A program made the translations under genes and the position numbers. Positions 61,539 to 64,000 of a stretch of DNA of 64,000 nt are shown here, piece after piece. The stretch is from Epiperipatus broadwayi (lineage: Eukaryota; Animalia; Onychophora). Position 1 is the first letter of the stretch. Each line of letters begins with the position of its first letter. The DNA lies in contig JAQFVV010000003.1 in assembly GCA_028023455.1 (NCBI GenBank), positions 24,304,001 through 24,368,000 of the forward strand, read 5' to 3'. A model generated the notes under the pieces. The model worked only from the letters and a program-made list of their open reading frames with translations, ran no database searches and was not told where the DNA came from.

Positions 61539-62650
61539 ATCACCAGATGGAGCTTACCAATAGCTCTAATCAAGCTTTTATTTTATAAATGCTGAAAGAG
61601 AAAAAATTCAAAATCTCTATTGAGGTCCCCATCTCCAGACCAATTAGTCTTGAGCCTGTGGCTCACCTCAGTGGAGTGCTGGGACTCTAAAAACTAGATC
61701 TAAAATACTAACTCAAAAGTCAGCACTTATAAAACACATTTCTTATCAATTTGAAAGCATGAATTTATCAAACACGTAAATGTCTTCAAATCCAGCCCTA
61801 CAAACCAGATAGTTATATGGGTCTGAATTCAGCTGAGCTTCATCATACAGCAATAGCCTCTGCAATATATAGCATTGCAAAAGCCTTCAAAGGTACACCT
61901 ATAATAATTAAAAATGTCATAAATTTTGTAACTTGTTTTCTAGCTTGCATTTTATGATCACCAGATGGAGCTTACCAATAGCTCTAATTAAACTTTTATT
62001 TTATAAGTGCCGAAAGAGAAAAAATTCAAAATCTTTATTTGGGTCCCCATCTCCAGACCAATTGGTTCTGAACCTGGGCTCACCTCAGTTGAGCACTGAG
62101 ACTCTAGAAACTAGATTTAAAATACTAACTCAAAAGTCAGCACTTATAAAACGTTTCTATCAATTTGAAAGCATGAATTTATCAGACATGTAAATGTCTT
62201 CAATTAGTCTGGAGATGGGGACCCCAATAGAGATTTTGAATTTTTTCTCTTTTGGCACTTATAAAATAAAAGCTTGATTAGAGCTATTATTAAGCTCCAT
62301 CTGGTGATCATGAAATGCAAGCTAGAAAACAAATTACGGAATTTATGACTTTTTTTTAATTATTATAGGTGTACCTTTGAAGGCTTTTGCAATGCTATAT
62401 ATTGCAGAGGCTATTGCTGTATGGTGAAGCTGAGCTGAATTCAGACCCATATAGCTATCTGTTTTGTAGGGCTGGATTTGAAGACATTTACATGTCTGAT
62501 AAATTCATGCTTTCAAATTGATAGAAATATGTTTTATAAGTGCTGACTTTTGAGTTAGTATTTTAGATGTAGTTTCTAGAATCCCATCACTCCACTGAAG
62601 TGAGCCACAGGCTCAGGACCAATTGGTCTGGAGATGGGTACCTTGATAGA
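61539..62650 (-). mobile_element. Retrozyme-like family C: 418-bp monomer x1.6 (61539-62203) + inverted segment (~62201-62650)
   Basis: Period 418 (caccagatgg at 61541 and 61959); reverse-complement arm; three hammerhead-like folds; shares a 29-nt motif with family B; no TSD found. Confidence 0.85.
62583..62638 (+). ncRNA. Hammerhead-like fold with a non-canonical core (family C)
   Basis: CCCAT ca CTCCA CTGAAG TGAGCC aca GGCTCA GG ACCAATTGGT C / TGGAG ATGGG. All three stems are well formed but the core deviates from CUGANGA/GAA. Confidence 0.65.
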
Positions 62651-63284
62651 GCCTTGAAGACAACAAAGAAGAGCATGTGTTGCTTTTTTCCACAGGGTAT
62701 ATACTTTTAGTCCTGTTGTTTTCTGGAGTAATTAAACTCAATGGAGAAAATCTGGGTGGTGGCTATATTATCAGTTTTATCTTGCCTCTATGAATTTAAT
62801 AGTATTTTCCTTTATCTGATTATTTATTTTTTCCTTCTGATAATAATTACTGTACACAATATGTTTTAATTAAATATTTTATTTTACAACAATTTGATTA
62901 ATCTGATTCTGGCTATTTATTATTTATCTATTTATTTATTTCCTGTCTGTAAATTAATTTTATAACTTATTAAAATACATATACTTCACAAATATTATAT
63001 AGACTAAGTGCTACTGGGACCATTTTTAAAAAATCAGCTATTTATTGAGGTTGGATTTGGAGATAAATTAGTCTGTCATATGAAAGCTTTCCAAGTATCC
63101 TAGAGAAGTTTCAATCTTGTCACAGTGGATGAATGACCCCAGCACACAAAGGTGAAGAAAATATAGTGAGAGACCTTTTTTTCATTTATTTTTTCAGAAC
63201 TATTTATATGCAAGACTTATCTCATGGAATTTTAATTACTAAAAAAAAATTATGATAAACTTTATTTTTTGGACTAATTGCAAT

Positions 63285-64000
63285 ATACACAAGGGTACCC
63301 AAAAATAACTGGAATTTTATAATAAAAAATGGTTTATTTTTAAGTGCTATAAATTTAATCTCTTTCTAATTACTATCCATTTGATGCAGTACACTTGTCT
63401 GAATGTGTTTTTCATTTTTCAAAGCAGCCTGAAAATATTTGCAAAATGATACCTTTTAATGTCTCTGTCATTTTCTCCCATCACTTCCAAGTCTGCAAAA
63501 AAAAAAAGAAGACACTTTTTTATTTGAGAGATTAAAAAAAAACTTGCATGAAGTGAGGTCAAGTGAATATGGCATATAGATAGGTTGGATCATGCTAAAT
63601 TTAATTAAAAAGTGTTTCACACTTGATGCTTTGAGAGATGACATTGTTGAGATAGAGTTTACACTCTTTTCTTTCTGCAAAATGGGATGTTTACATTTTA
63701 CCGCATCACATAAATGTTTCAGAACTTGCAGATAAAATGTCTGACCATTACAAACTAAATCTGAGAGAAAAATGCCATTTGTGTAAAAAAAAAAAAAAAA
63801 AGTGTTAATTACAACATTTCAGGCATTATAAAAAAAATTGACAAATATGCAAAATGCACTTTAGAAAAAAATGTGTTACGTGAACTCACAATTTGACACG
63901 GTGACATCATTTGGCAGATTGATGCAGAAAGCTGCCTACAAGAAGTATTTAATAGCTAAAGCAAATACTACAACAGGCACACAAACCATGGAACGATTTT
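63285..64000 (-). mobile_element. Mariner relic (C-terminal part and terminus), continuing beyond the window
   Basis: SVKHFL...PYSLDLTSC.FF and CFEK*KT.SDKCTASNG..LERD*; TA-CACAAGGGTACCCAAAAATAAC TIR-like end near 63285. Confidence 0.75.

Noticed and set aside
5514-62650. CRISPR-like or prokaryotic systems
   Set aside because: The repeats lack unique spacers; the DNA is eukaryotic with spliceosomal introns.
61500-62670. TSD for the family C array (TGAAGAC at 61514 and 62655)
   Set aside because: Only 7 bp and not adjacent to the left element boundary.

Overview
AT-rich, strongly CpG-depleted eukaryotic DNA with spliceosomal introns, probably arthropod (inferred from the peroxidasin type and the transposon content). 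It has two main contents. (1) A + strand peroxidasin-type heme peroxidase gene, partial at both ends. Eight exons splice in frame and encode TWO tandem peroxidase domains with identical exon sizes (234/1284/118 nt) and intact catalytic residues. Domain 1 lacks both cysteines used for peroxidasin trimerisation. (2) At least three families of ~420-456-nt non-coding repeats, each carrying a type I hammerhead ribozyme fold with a palindromic stem III (retrozyme-like). They occur as head-to-tail multimers with an inverted 5' segment, and several are flanked by 10-13-bp target-site duplications. Also present are three Penelope-like (RT/GIY-YIG) relics, an RTE LINE with an open 985-aa ORF plus decayed copies, two mariner relics, a hAT deletion derivative and several hairpins. 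All alignments, folds and counts were made by eye. No database searches were run.
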